Below, one piece after another: positions 19,031-28,980 of a stretch of 64,000 nucleotides of DNA. Source of the stretch: Planctomycetota bacterium. GTDB lineage: Bacteria > Planctomycetota > SZUA-567 > H5-PLA8. Location of the stretch: assembly GCA_038227875.1 (NCBI GenBank), contig JBBRPR010000020.1, forward strand, positions 71,166 through 135,165, read 5' to 3'. The position numbers and the translations under genes were made by a program. The notes beneath the pieces were generated by a model. The model made no database searches, was not told the origin of the DNA, and saw only the letters and a list, made by a program, of their open reading frames with translations. Within the stretch, counting starts at the first letter, position 1. Every line of letters starts with the position of its first letter.

Positions 19031-19693
19031 ATGCGGCTTTTCCTGATCACGGTCGTGTTGGCGTTGATCGCCGGCTCGCAAGCGGCTCATGCACTGGAGC
19101 CGCTCGGCGGTGTCTACTACGTCACCACGTCCGAAGGACGTTGGAAGCTGACGTTCTCCCGCGACGGCACGTATGAGTTGCAGAATCCGCGAGGCCGCAC
19201 CACGGCGGGAAATTACAATTCAACCGACCGTGAACTGGCGCTGATTGAAACCGGCGGCGCGGGCAACCGCAGGCATTTCCGTTACTACCGCGTGGCGGGA
19301 CAACTGTCGCTGGAATCGACCAACCGCGACGCGTCGACCAACGACGGACTGCTCAACCGCATGCCGCCGAGCATCGGCTCGAGCGTTGTCTGGTATGACC
19401 GGCCGGTGGTGGTCGTACAGCCTCCCGTCGTGGTACGGCCGCCCGTGGTTGTGGTTGAGCCCTCGCGACCGATCTACGTTCCGCCGCCGGCGTATGTCCC
19501 CCCGCCAGCGTACGTGCCTCCGCCGACCTGGCAGTCGCCTGCGATTTCCCGGATCAACGATCTGCTCGATCGCGCCGCGCGGGAGACAAGCAATGCCCGC
19601 ATCTACCTGCGCAATGGCGAGCGGAATTCGTTCCTCGATTCGATGCGCCGCGCCCGCGAAGCCCTGCAGGATGCCGAAGAGCTCGCGCGTTGA
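19031..19693 (+). CDS. Secreted hypothetical protein with Pro/Val-rich linker
   Basis: GGAGG RBS, signal peptide ending AHA-LE, PVVVV and YVPPP repeats, helical C-terminus. Confidence 0.75.
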   Translation: MRLFLITVVLALIAGSQAAHALEPLGGVYYVTTSEGRWKLTFSRDGTYELQNPRGRTTAGNYNSTDRELALIETGGAGNRRHFRYYRVAGQLSLESTNRDASTNDGLLNRMPPSIGSSVVWYDRPVVVVQPPVVVRPPVVVVEPSRPIYVPPPAYVPPPAYVPPPTWQSPAISRINDLLDRAARETSNARIYLRNGERNSFLDSMRRAREALQDAEELAR

Positions 19694-19751
19694 ACCGGCC
19701 GAAGTGCCGGCTTGTTAAGCAATCGAATTGAGAAAACTTCAGGAGAATGCA

Positions 19752-21263
19752 ATGCGCTTCGACGGAACACTGAAAACCTTGCGAGTACTGGTGGCGTGCG
19801 GCGGACTGTTGACGGCTCGAAGTTGGGCCGCCGCCGATGCAGCTAACCCGCCGGCGCCCGTACCCGCTGGCGAATCGGCTGGCGGAGCGGACAGTGGTTC
19901 GGAGCTGGCCGAGAGCGGCAGTGCCAATCCGCTGGAACGTTATTTTTCTGCGCAGATCGATGCGTCGCGCGAGGAGAAGAAGGGGCTGATCCTGGCAGTC
20001 TTCGATTCCGGCACTCCCAGCGCGCTCTCGAAGGTGCTGATACATACGCCGGACTGGAAGGAGCGGATTACGAGCAAGTACACGATCATGCCGTTGGATC
20101 TGCGGCCCGCGTTGCTGGCCAATCCGGAATACGCCGGCATGGCGCGCGATATCGCGGAACGCTTTCCAGTAAAAGGCGTACCGGGGATGATCTTTTTCGA
20201 TGCCAGCTTGCAGCCGGTGGCGCAGATCCATTCGCAGACCACGAAGGAAGGCTTTCTCGCGGCGCTGGACAAAGTAGAAGCGGCCGTGGCCAAGCGCGGT
20301 GAATTGGTCGCTAAACGCCAGAGCTTGAAAGCCGAAGAGGCCAAGGTCACCGATCAACTGATCGAAGCGGCGTTGACGCTGGATACTCCTGTCGAAGCGT
20401 TGCGGGACCAGATCGACGACGTGCTGGAACTGGATGCCGACGGTGCGGCCGGGTTGAAGGCCAAGTACGACCCGATCGCGCGGATTCTTCAGGCGCAGAC
20501 GCTGGTGAAGAAGAACACCGCCGACGCCGCGGGCATGGCCGAAGCGGCGCTCAATGCCATCGACGCCACGAAACTGGCGCCGGCGTGGCAGGAACGTCGC
20601 ATGGCGCTGCTGCTCGATGCCGTGCTGAGCGGTGGTGACAAGGCGAAGATTGAGACGACGTTGAACGCCGCTCTGGCGCTCGACGCGGCCGCGCCGGAGA
20701 TCAAGCAGGCGTGGACAGCACGCGCGGCAGGCGCTCTGGTCGCCCAAGGCGACACAGTCCACGCGGAAGAACTCGTGAAGAAGGCCGTGGCGCTTGCGCC
20801 GCAGTCGGCCTGGGCCAAGTCGCAGGCCGAGGCGCCGGCGGCGACTGCCGCCACCGCGGTTGCCGCGGCGACGTCAGCGTTGAAAACCCACGACGGCAAG
20901 CCCTTCGACTTGGACGCCTGGAAAGGCAAGCCGGTCGTAATTGAATTCTGGAGCACCGCCAACCGTCACAGCGCCACTGCGCTGCAGACGCTGGCCGATG
21001 TGGCCGCCGCGAACAAGGACAAGGCCGGCTTCATCGCGGTCAATGTCGGCAACTCGGATGACTGCTCGGCCTTCGCCGCGAAATTTCCCGCGCTGCAGTG
21101 GGTCGAGGACACCACCGGAGTGCTGGAAGATCGCTTCGAAATCAAGCGCGCACCGTACACCCTGGTGGTCGGGCCGGATGGCAAGCGGGTCTCGGGCATT
21201 GTCGGCTTGAACACCTTCAACAAGGCGATGCTGGAAACGCGCCTCGGCGATCTGCTGAAGTAG
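19752..21263 (+). CDS. Exported protein with two thioredoxin-like folds (C-terminal TlpA-like) lacking CXXC
   Basis: AGGAG RBS; N-terminal ERFPVKGVPGMIFFD; C-terminal DGKPFDLDAWKGKPVVIEFWST..FIAVNV..APYTLVVGPDGK; helical middle. Confidence 0.75.
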   Translation: MRFDGTLKTLRVLVACGGLLTARSWAAADAANPPAPVPAGESAGGADSGSELAESGSANPLERYFSAQIDASREEKKGLILAVFDSGTPSALSKVLIHTPDWKERITSKYTIMPLDLRPALLANPEYAGMARDIAERFPVKGVPGMIFFDASLQPVAQIHSQTTKEGFLAALDKVEAAVAKRGELVAKRQSLKAEEAKVTDQLIEAALTLDTPVEALRDQIDDVLELDADGAAGLKAKYDPIARILQAQTLVKKNTADAAGMAEAALNAIDATKLAPAWQERRMALLLDAVLSGGDKAKIETTLNAALALDAAAPEIKQAWTARAAGALVAQGDTVHAEELVKKAVALAPQSAWAKSQAEAPAATAATAVAAATSALKTHDGKPFDLDAWKGKPVVIEFWSTANRHSATALQTLADVAAANKDKAGFIAVNVGNSDDCSAFAAKFPALQWVEDTTGVLEDRFEIKRAPYTLVVGPDGKRVSGIVGLNTFNKAMLETRLGDLLK

Positions 21264-21465
21264 AGCATAAAATAGTGCCACGGATGCATAAGTTTCTGAG
21301 CGTAGCGCATAAGCTTATTCATCCGTGACTCGTCACCTTTCCATAAGCACAATAATAGTTGTGGACGAAGCTTGGCCGCTACGCCAAGCTCCGTGAATTC
21401 GTGACACAACTTCCGTGAAATTCTCATTTGCAATTCTCTCGGACCAAAGCTACTGTCCTGACTTG

Positions 21466-21482
21466 TTGAGAATGATTCTCAA
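21466..21482. promoter_or_regulatory. Fur-family box
   Basis: TTGAGAAT-G-ATTCTCAA, perfect 8-1-8 palindrome close to the 7-1-7 Fur consensus TGATAATnATTATCA, 20 bp upstream of the next start. Confidence 0.75.
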
Positions 21483-21502
21483 TATCAATTCAGGAGGATG
21501 TC

Positions 21503-23131
21503 GTGCGTAAGATCATGGTTTTGCTTGTCTTGCAAGTCTGTCTCGGGGTGGTGGGTAAGGCTCATGCGGCGTTGGACAAGGATTCGGCCGAAGCCAAGCT
21601 TGGCGAGCGGTTGTTCCTGGAAACGCGGTTTGCGCAGTTCTTTGCGGCCAACTGCGGCGGGAATTTCAACGCGACACTCAATGCCGGTGATCCAGTGATG
21701 GCGGTGCTGGTGAAGCCGGACGGCACTATTCCGGGACCGTTCGCCGGACAGTCGATGAACTGCCGCGCCTGCCATCTTGTTGGCGACGCGGCGCAGACGC
21801 CGGGCGGCGGGTTCCGAACTTATGCCGACTTTGCGCGCCGTAGCCCGATACCATTCCGCATCGAAGACGGCTTGACGCTCACGCCGCGCAATTCGCCCTC
21901 ACTGGTTAACGGACTGCTCAACCTGTCCAGCAAACGTACGCTGCATTTCGACGGCGAGTTTCCCACGATCACCGACCTCATCAAAGGCACGCTGACGGGT
22001 CGAAACTTCGGCTGGCTCCCCGACGAGAGTGGGGCGGCGCTGCATCATATCGCTCAGGTTATCCGCCGGGACAATGGATCCGGCCAGTTGGCGCAGGATT
22101 CCGGCGGTGCGTACCGCGATGTGTTTGCGGCCAGCGGCGCGGTGGACGAGGAGTTCAAAATTCCGGAACAGTACCAGTTGGATGTGATGAAGGCCTCGGA
22201 CGCGGAAATTCTGGACGCGGTGGCGAAATTAATGGCCGTCTACGTTCACACCCTGCAATTTCAAGTCACGCCTGGCGGCACGTTTGTTGGTTCACCGTAC
22301 GACGTGTTCTTAAAGAAGAATGGGTTGCCGCAGCAGCCCAAGGGCCGCAAGTCCGATCTGGTGTATGCGCGCGATTTCCGCGCCAGATTGGCGGCGCTGT
22401 CCAATCCGCAATTTGTGACGGAGGCGGACGGCAAGCTCGCCAATCATAACGGTCAGCCGTTCGTATTTGGTCCAAAGGAAATGCAGGGTCTGCAGATTTT
22501 TCTCAGCGAGCCGATGGCTGGAAATTCCAGCGCGTCGGTGGGCAACTGCCTGGCGTGTCACGCGCCGCCACGGTTTACGGATTTTGGATTTCATAACACC
22601 GGCGCGACGCAGGAAGAGTACGACTTCATCCATGGCGAGGGCGCGTTCATGAAACTCGTCATTCCGTCTTTAAACGACCGAATGCAAAATCCCGACGCCT
22701 TTCTGCCCGCAACTGCGGCGCATCCCAAGGCCACGGGCGTGTTCCGATCGATTCCGATTGCCGGCGATGCGCGGCAGACTGACCTGGGCGTGTGGAACAT
22801 TTACGCCAATCCTGACATGCCAACCGCGCAGAAGCACATTCTCGCCTCGTTGAATCTCAAGCATGCCGATCCCGAGACGGCGCTGACGCGCTGCATCGGC
22901 GCCTTCAAAACACCGGGGCTGCGCGACCTGCCGGACAGCGCGCCGTTTTTGCATACGGGGCGGATGGACACGCTCACCGACGTGCTTCATTTTTATCAGC
23001 GCTTTTCAACCGCGGCTCGCCTGGGCGCCGTGCGTAATGCCGACCTTGAGATCGCAAAAATCAACATCTCGGAAGACGATGTGGACGCGCTGGAGGCGTT
23101 CTTGTTGTCGCTGACCGAGGACTACGATTGA
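21503..23131 (+). CDS. Di-heme cytochrome c peroxidase/MauG superfamily protein
   Basis: Signal peptide; LGERLF; CRACH and CLACH heme sites; RNSPSL; FHNTG; FKTPGLRD; APFLHTG; FLLSLT. Confidence 0.9.
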   Translation: MRKIMVLLVLQVCLGVVGKAHAALDKDSAEAKLGERLFLETRFAQFFAANCGGNFNATLNAGDPVMAVLVKPDGTIPGPFAGQSMNCRACHLVGDAAQTPGGGFRTYADFARRSPIPFRIEDGLTLTPRNSPSLVNGLLNLSSKRTLHFDGEFPTITDLIKGTLTGRNFGWLPDESGAALHHIAQVIRRDNGSGQLAQDSGGAYRDVFAASGAVDEEFKIPEQYQLDVMKASDAEILDAVAKLMAVYVHTLQFQVTPGGTFVGSPYDVFLKKNGLPQQPKGRKSDLVYARDFRARLAALSNPQFVTEADGKLANHNGQPFVFGPKEMQGLQIFLSEPMAGNSSASVGNCLACHAPPRFTDFGFHNTGATQEEYDFIHGEGAFMKLVIPSLNDRMQNPDAFLPATAAHPKATGVFRSIPIAGDARQTDLGVWNIYANPDMPTAQKHILASLNLKHADPETALTRCIGAFKTPGLRDLPDSAPFLHTGRMDTLTDVLHFYQRFSTAARLGAVRNADLEIAKINISEDDVDALEAFLLSLTEDYD

Positions 23132-23229
23132 CACCTGAACGGCGCTGACGCCTTTAGATTTCATATATTTCGGTTTGGACAGAAATGTCAGTAATGTGGT
23201 AGAGTTAATGGCGGAGGAGGGGATCAGCC

Positions 23230-24021
23230 ATGCTCACTACCACGGCCAGCAGGGGACTCACGCGTCTGCATTCTGACGCGGCGCGGTGGCGGATGGAGCG
23301 GCCTGAGGAACGGCCGCTGTTTTTTTCTGATTGGGTGCGGGCGGTCTTTATTCATTTCGAATGTGATCCGGAATTGCTTCAGCGTCTGACGCCCTACCGC
23401 CTGGACCTGCGCGACGGCAAGGCCTACGTCAGCCTCGTGGCGTTCACGATGGTTCGGTTGCGGCCGAGTTTCGGCGGACGGTTCACGGAAGTTCTCTGCA
23501 AGCCCATCGCGACGCACAGTTTTATGAACGTTCGCACGTACGTCCGGCACGGCGGGACGACAGGCATTTTCTTTCTGACCGAATGGCTTCCGAACCGCCT
23601 GAGCGTACTCCTGGGGCCAGTTGTCTACGGTCTTCCCTACCGTTTCGGGCGGCTGAATTACCACAACGACATGGCGACTGGATCTTTGCGAGGTTGCGTC
23701 GTTGCGCCGCCGGACCAACAGCTGAGTTACACGTGCACCATCGACCCGCTTACTCAGTTGCATCCTTGCGCCAGCGGTTCACCGGACGAATTTCTGCTGG
23801 AGCGTTACACGGCGTTCCTGATCCGCGGCACCTCTAAAGTGCTCTTCCATATCTGGCACGAGCCCTGGCCGCAGACTCAGATAAAGGTGGACTTGCCACA
23901 GACGGAGTTGCTGCGCGCACACTGCCCGTGGTTCCCGACGGCCCGGCGCGTCAGCGCTAACTATTCCACGGGAGTTGAGAACGTGTGGGTAGGTGCACCG
24001 ATGGCGGCGGGTCTTTCGTAG
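23230..24021 (+). CDS. DUF2071 / YqjF family protein
   Basis: W..AVFIHF, YVSLVAFTM, NVRTYV, GIFF, YGLPY, FLLERY, HEPWP. Confidence 0.88.
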   Translation: MLTTTASRGLTRLHSDAARWRMERPEERPLFFSDWVRAVFIHFECDPELLQRLTPYRLDLRDGKAYVSLVAFTMVRLRPSFGGRFTEVLCKPIATHSFMNVRTYVRHGGTTGIFFLTEWLPNRLSVLLGPVVYGLPYRFGRLNYHNDMATGSLRGCVVAPPDQQLSYTCTIDPLTQLHPCASGSPDEFLLERYTAFLIRGTSKVLFHIWHEPWPQTQIKVDLPQTELLRAHCPWFPTARRVSANYSTGVENVWVGAPMAAGLS

Positions 24022-24511
24022 CTCCAAATTCGAGGCACTTGGTGAGCTGAGCTCACAAAAATCGGACGGCATTAATTTCTAAGCCATCTGTGCGATAATT
24101 CCCGGGGGTCTTAATGTCCGGTTGAGTGTCCTGAGATTGATCCAGTTAGATTTTCCGGATCCTGTACACCGCGTCCGGAATCTCAAGCAGGCAAAATTTC
24201 CATTCAGACCTAACGCATGGATGCCTCGCGTATTACACGAAAGTCGCGACCGCTGCGCGTTGCGGCATTTCCATTGCTATTCTCAACAAAGGAAGGCAGC
24301 AGTGACCCGCAACCGGGAATACAAAGGTGGAGAATATCATGGACGGTGGAACTCAGAATTCAGTGGCGATAAGCCCGATGCAGGTTCACGGTACATCCCG
24401 CATGCGCTCGCGCACCCCAGTGGTGCTGGGTCCACTCGATATTTTTGCGCTTACGACCACGACCAAAATGCAGTCATCCAAAACCGCGCGGCGCTCGCGC
24501 AACAACTGAAG

Positions 24512-25630
24512 TCAAACCTCAATCGTTTTCAGATAGTGCTGCAAGGCCACCGCCAGATCCCGGCCAAACGCGTGAGCCGATTCGGCGCTCACCCCCGCGC
24601 CGCTCGCATTCGCATACGGAATTTCAAGCGTCGCGGCCAGCCGGACTCCCGGTAACGATTGCGCCCAGTTCTGGCACATCATCAGCGGCCCGTTGTAGGT
24701 GTTCCAGCCCAAGCCAAACGCGAGATTATCAGCGCTCTGGAAGGGCAGGGGTCCGGTGCGTTCGCGCTCCAGGATCTGGCTGAATGCTCCGACGTGGTTC
24801 CAGTGTTCGGCCGACGACGTGCCGACGAAGTAAATTGTTTCGTTGTTGCCGCTGCGTATCCACGGGCAGTGCAAGTCCAGCGCAGCACGCAGGCGGCCAC
24901 CAGACCAGTCGGGCACGAGTTTGCGGAGCGCGCTCACGCTGGCGTAGAGGTCTTTGCCGTAGTCGCGGTTGTGATCGTAGGGTTTGCGGTTCTTGCCCTG
25001 GTCGCCGTCTTCGACGCCGTCCTTATCCATGAAAGGGACGGCGAGAATTTCGACGTGCTCGCGGAACCAGTCACCGAGAGCGCCGGTGCTTAACACGCTA
25101 TCGAGCAGTCCGTCGAGCGTGTAGTTGACGACCGCTTCGCACGAATGATGGCGAGCGGTCAGCAGCACGCGATGCGCGGGCTTGCCGTCAATCCGCCCGG
25201 CGCGCAACAGTTCGACGCTGCGGCCGCGTTTCGTTTTGCAGAGTTCGCTGACGATCAGGTGCGAGTTGGCCCGATGCTTGGCCAGAAACGCGTGAAGATG
25301 TGATTCGAGATAGGGGATGCCGAGCGCGAAGTAGACTTCGCGTGCATCATGTGCGAACGTGTACGCGAAAGATTGGCCGGTGACGGCTGCGGTGCCCAGC
25401 CACTGCCACGACTTTCCGCCATCGGCGCTCACGGCTGGCCCGCGCACGCCGAGGGGATTGCTGCCAGTGAATTCAAAGCGGGCGGTGCGCCCGTGCGCGC
25501 CGCGCACGCGGAACGACCAGTAGAACCAATCGCCTTCGGTATCGCGCAGATCCTGGTGGATGCGTGCGACGTCCCCGTCGATGCCATCGACGAGTATGTT
25601 GCCGCCGGGGAACGCGCAGTCGATCTGCAT
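24512..25630 (-). CDS. M14-family zinc carboxypeptidase-like protein (cytosolic type)
   Basis: FPGGN, WFYWSF, ARHHSCE (HxxE), PFMDKDG, KNR..DHNRD, LDLH, LEIPY. Confidence 0.85.
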   Translation of the reverse strand: MQIDCAFPGGNILVDGIDGDVARIHQDLRDTEGDWFYWSFRVRGAHGRTARFEFTGSNPLGVRGPAVSADGGKSWQWLGTAAVTGQSFAYTFAHDAREVYFALGIPYLESHLHAFLAKHRANSHLIVSELCKTKRGRSVELLRAGRIDGKPAHRVLLTARHHSCEAVVNYTLDGLLDSVLSTGALGDWFREHVEILAVPFMDKDGVEDGDQGKNRKPYDHNRDYGKDLYASVSALRKLVPDWSGGRLRAALDLHCPWIRSGNNETIYFVGTSSAEHWNHVGAFSQILERERTGPLPFQSADNLAFGLGWNTYNGPLMMCQNWAQSLPGVRLAATLEIPYANASGAGVSAESAHAFGRDLAVALQHYLKTIEV

Positions 25631-25634
25631 ACCG

Positions 25635-27917
25635 TTACGAGTATACCTGCATCGCATAAACCTGCGCGCGCGGCGTGCCGTTCGTCGCCTGGATTACGAT
25701 GCGTACGGCGTCGGCTTTGACGGCTTCCGGCAGCACGTGGCGGCAGCGGCGGTGGTGGTTGTCGCGGCCTTCGGCAACTTTCTTCCACGACCCGTTCTGT
25801 TTTACCTCAACATCGTAGTCCTTGATCAGGTCCGGTTCGATGGCATACGGCGTCGTGACCCACGTATTGGTGAGGTGCCGGTCGAGATCGGAATCGAAGA
25901 GAAATTGAATTTCACGGACCGATTCCGCCTTGTCCCAGGCGACTTCCAGCCACTCGGGCTGCTTGAAATCGGAGCGCTGCGAAATCCAGAGATTCGGTTC
26001 CTTGAACGGCCGCGCCAATCCATTGACGGTATTGATGGGCGCGTACGACTTGGCGTTTTCAGGCAAACGCACGCAGAGCTGACGGCGGCGGTTGACGTAA
26101 AACCGCGAGTGAACGTTGGAATGGCGGGAATCATGCTGCTTGCCGGCGAAATACGATTTTAACCCCACCAGTCTGTCGCCGGATTCGTGCCAGGCGAGGG
26201 CCGGGTTCTGTTTCAACTCCAGCATCAACCAGCCGTCGCTTTCCGACTTCGCGGCGACGGGGATACGCACCCACTGCGTGCCGCCGGCGGAAATCGCGAC
26301 GGTACCTTCGGCCAGCGTTCCGGCGGGAATCGTGCCGCCATTCGCATCGCCGCGATGCAACTGCCATCCGGCGACCGTGTCGGATGTGGCCGTGAGCAGC
26401 ACCTCCACATGCGCCAGCACGCCCGCATTGGCGGGGAAGAGGACCATGCGGTCGGTGTCCATCGGGACGCGCGTATCGCCGAATTCCATCGACGCCTGTT
26501 TCAACTGCGATGACGCGCGCACAATCGTTCCGGTGCGGCGGGCGAGATCCTTCGGGTTGTCGCTGCGCGCGCCGACGATGTAATGATCGTCCTGAAGCAG
26601 GCGTTCGCGCACCTCCGCGATGGCCGGGCCGTTGGCGACTTCCCGGGGCGAGAGTCCCTTCTGTTTGCAGTACGCGGCAGCGGCGCCCACGGCTTCACCC
26701 ATCTGCGCGCAGGTCAGCATCACGCGGACGCTGGTCAGGGCGATATGCGTGCACGAAACGTTGCGGCCCGCGAAGAGCAGATTGGGAATGGTATTCGAGT
26801 ACAGGCTGCGCAGCGGAATATTGTAGAGTCCCGGAATCTGCGTGTGCATGCTCGCCGGCGCATGATCGTCGAAGAATCCCTTCGGCGCATGGTCGTCGAG
26901 ATTCCAGCCGCCGAACGCGATCGCGTCAGAGAAATCGCGACGCTCGACAATGTCCTGCTCGGTCATGATGTGATCGCCGATGAAGCGCCGCGATTCGCGC
27001 TTGCCGGGAATTGTGCCGACCCATTCGAGCGTGAAATTCTTGTACTTGTCGCGGCATTCCGGATCGTTCTTGAGGTAATCGAATATGCCGTACGCGATTT
27101 TCATCAGCTCGAACTTGATCGATTCGTTGTCGTGAATCGTGTCGAGCTCGCCGCCCCATTCGACCCACCAGAACCCGCCTTTAACATGGTCAAATTCGTG
27201 AATGGGATTGCGTCCGGAGCGGAAATCCTTCTTCGTAAATTTGTGCGCGAAAGCAGGCGGCACGAATTTCACCGCGTGTCCAACGTCCTTGGCGAGGAAG
27301 AGAATCGAACCGCCGAGCGTGCAGGTCTTGCGTTCGGCGGGGGCCATGCTTTCGTTGAAATCGGATTTCGCTTCACGCCCCGTCATGTACGGCGCGCCAG
27401 CAAGAAAGCCAACCGTGCCGTCGCCGGTGCAATCGATGAAGTACGCCGCTTCGAACGTCGTGAGGCGTTCGCTGTGCAAGGTTAGCGCCGTGAGATTCTT
27501 GATCGCTGCGCCCGGCTTGCCGCCTTCGGTCTGAACTTCAAGCACCGACGTGTTGAGGTAAAGATCCAGCCCCGGCTGCATCAGCACCTTCTCCAGCAGC
27601 ACGGTGTCCCAGAGTTCCGCGTTGCCTTCCGGATTGCGAAACTGGTTTTCGAGCAGGATCTCTTCCATCAATCCCGTTTCGCGGAAGTAGATCGCGTTCC
27701 CGCCGCCGCTGGCGCCTTGCAGCCAGACGCGGATCTCCTTCGAGCCATTGCCGCCGAGCACCGGGCGATCCTGGATCAGCGCGACCTTCGCGCCGTGGCG
27801 CGCGGCCGTGATCGCCGCACCGACGCCCGACATGCCGCCACCGGCGACGACGACGTCGTAGGTCTTGGTTTCTTTGCGGAGCGCAGGAAGTGCGGAGAGT
27901 TGCGAGACGGTCGACAT
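25635..27917 (-). CDS. FAD-dependent oxidoreductase with C-terminal F5/8 (discoidin)-like domain
   Basis: DVVVAGGGMSG..AAITAAR, DRPVLGGNGS.E, DCTGDG, GKRESRR, GGWNLDDH, YNIPLRSLYS, LFAGRN; beta-sandwich C-terminus (EWLEVAW..VRIVI). Confidence 0.9.
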   Translation of the reverse strand: MSTVSQLSALPALRKETKTYDVVVAGGGMSGVGAAITAARHGAKVALIQDRPVLGGNGSKEIRVWLQGASGGGNAIYFRETGLMEEILLENQFRNPEGNAELWDTVLLEKVLMQPGLDLYLNTSVLEVQTEGGKPGAAIKNLTALTLHSERLTTFEAAYFIDCTGDGTVGFLAGAPYMTGREAKSDFNESMAPAERKTCTLGGSILFLAKDVGHAVKFVPPAFAHKFTKKDFRSGRNPIHEFDHVKGGFWWVEWGGELDTIHDNESIKFELMKIAYGIFDYLKNDPECRDKYKNFTLEWVGTIPGKRESRRFIGDHIMTEQDIVERRDFSDAIAFGGWNLDDHAPKGFFDDHAPASMHTQIPGLYNIPLRSLYSNTIPNLLFAGRNVSCTHIALTSVRVMLTCAQMGEAVGAAAAYCKQKGLSPREVANGPAIAEVRERLLQDDHYIVGARSDNPKDLARRTGTIVRASSQLKQASMEFGDTRVPMDTDRMVLFPANAGVLAHVEVLLTATSDTVAGWQLHRGDANGGTIPAGTLAEGTVAISAGGTQWVRIPVAAKSESDGWLMLELKQNPALAWHESGDRLVGLKSYFAGKQHDSRHSNVHSRFYVNRRRQLCVRLPENAKSYAPINTVNGLARPFKEPNLWISQRSDFKQPEWLEVAWDKAESVREIQFLFDSDLDRHLTNTWVTTPYAIEPDLIKDYDVEVKQNGSWKKVAEGRDNHHRRCRHVLPEAVKADAVRIVIQATNGTPRAQVYAMQVYS

Positions 27918-28110
27918 GGGAGCAGGGCCTCCGGGGTTGAGCGACAGGGGAAATATAGTATGCGTATTGTGCATTGTCAATAAAAATGCGTGGGAAAAGG
28001 CGGCGGGATTGGGGATTCGGGAATCGGAATTCGTTGTGCACGGAGAGAGACGAATCGCGACGCGACGAGAATCACTTCCGATGGCCCTGCCGCTCAATTA
28101 GTATCTCGTC

Positions 28111-28977
28111 ATGGCCACCGAAACAATCTACGCAGACCTCCACTCCCACACCTTCGCCTCGGACGGCGAGCTTTCTCCCGAAGACCTCGTCGACCGCGCC
28201 GCCGCAGCCGGCGTGCAGGTGCTCGCGGTCACGGATCACGATACGGTCGGCGGCGTGGCGCGCGCGATTGCGCGCGGAAAAGAACGCGGTGTCGAGGTCG
28301 GTCCCGGCTGCGAGCTGACGATCTACGTCGGCACCACGGAACTGCATCTGCTCGCACTCTTCATCGATTACACTTACGGACCATTCGTGACGTTGCTCGA
28401 GAAGATGCAGATGCACCGGCGCGAGCGCGGCATGCAGATGGTGCGGAAGTTGAAAGCGGCCGGCGTCCCCATCGACGAAAGCGACGTGCTCGAAGCCGCC
28501 GGCAAGGCGTCGGCGATCGGGCGGCCGCACATCGCCGCGGCGCTCGTCAAACGCGGAGCGGCGCATACCAATCAGCACGCATTTTTGAATTTCTTGAGCA
28601 AGGGCAAGCCCGGTTACGTCGCGAAGTACCTATTGCCGCCGTCCGAAGCCTTCGCCGCGATTCACGCCTCCGGCGGCATCGGAATCCTGGCGCATCCCGG
28701 CGAACACAAACACGACGAACTGATCGTCCCGCTCTTTCGCGAAGGCATGGACGGCGTCGAAGCGCTCTATCGCACGCATTCAGAGGTCAACCGCCGTTTC
28801 TACTCGGGCCTGGCGCGGCGCTATGAAAAAGTGGTCTCCGGCGGCAGCGATTTTCACGGACCGACCGTGCGACCTGGAGTCGATGTCGGCGATGGCGGTG
28901 TCGACCGCCATGTGTTCGCGGAATTGAAGCGAGCGGCGGAATTCTGGGCGCGCAAGAAAAGCGACAGCAACGTCTAG
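28111..28977 (+). CDS. PHP-domain phosphoesterase (YciV/TrpH family)
   Basis: DLHSHT.ASDG, TDHDT, GCE, LHLL, GRPHIA, AHP, GGSDFHG. Confidence 0.93.
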   Translation: MATETIYADLHSHTFASDGELSPEDLVDRAAAAGVQVLAVTDHDTVGGVARAIARGKERGVEVGPGCELTIYVGTTELHLLALFIDYTYGPFVTLLEKMQMHRRERGMQMVRKLKAAGVPIDESDVLEAAGKASAIGRPHIAAALVKRGAAHTNQHAFLNFLSKGKPGYVAKYLLPPSEAFAAIHASGGIGILAHPGEHKHDELIVPLFREGMDGVEALYRTHSEVNRRFYSGLARRYEKVVSGGSDFHGPTVRPGVDVGDGGVDRHVFAELKRAAEFWARKKSDSNV

Positions 28978-28980
28978 CTT

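Noticed and set aside
21279..21327. CACGGATG..CATCCGTG hairpin after the thioredoxin-like gene
   Set aside because: Imperfect stem without a U-tract; plausibly a terminator or degenerate repeat, but not supportable as a distinct feature
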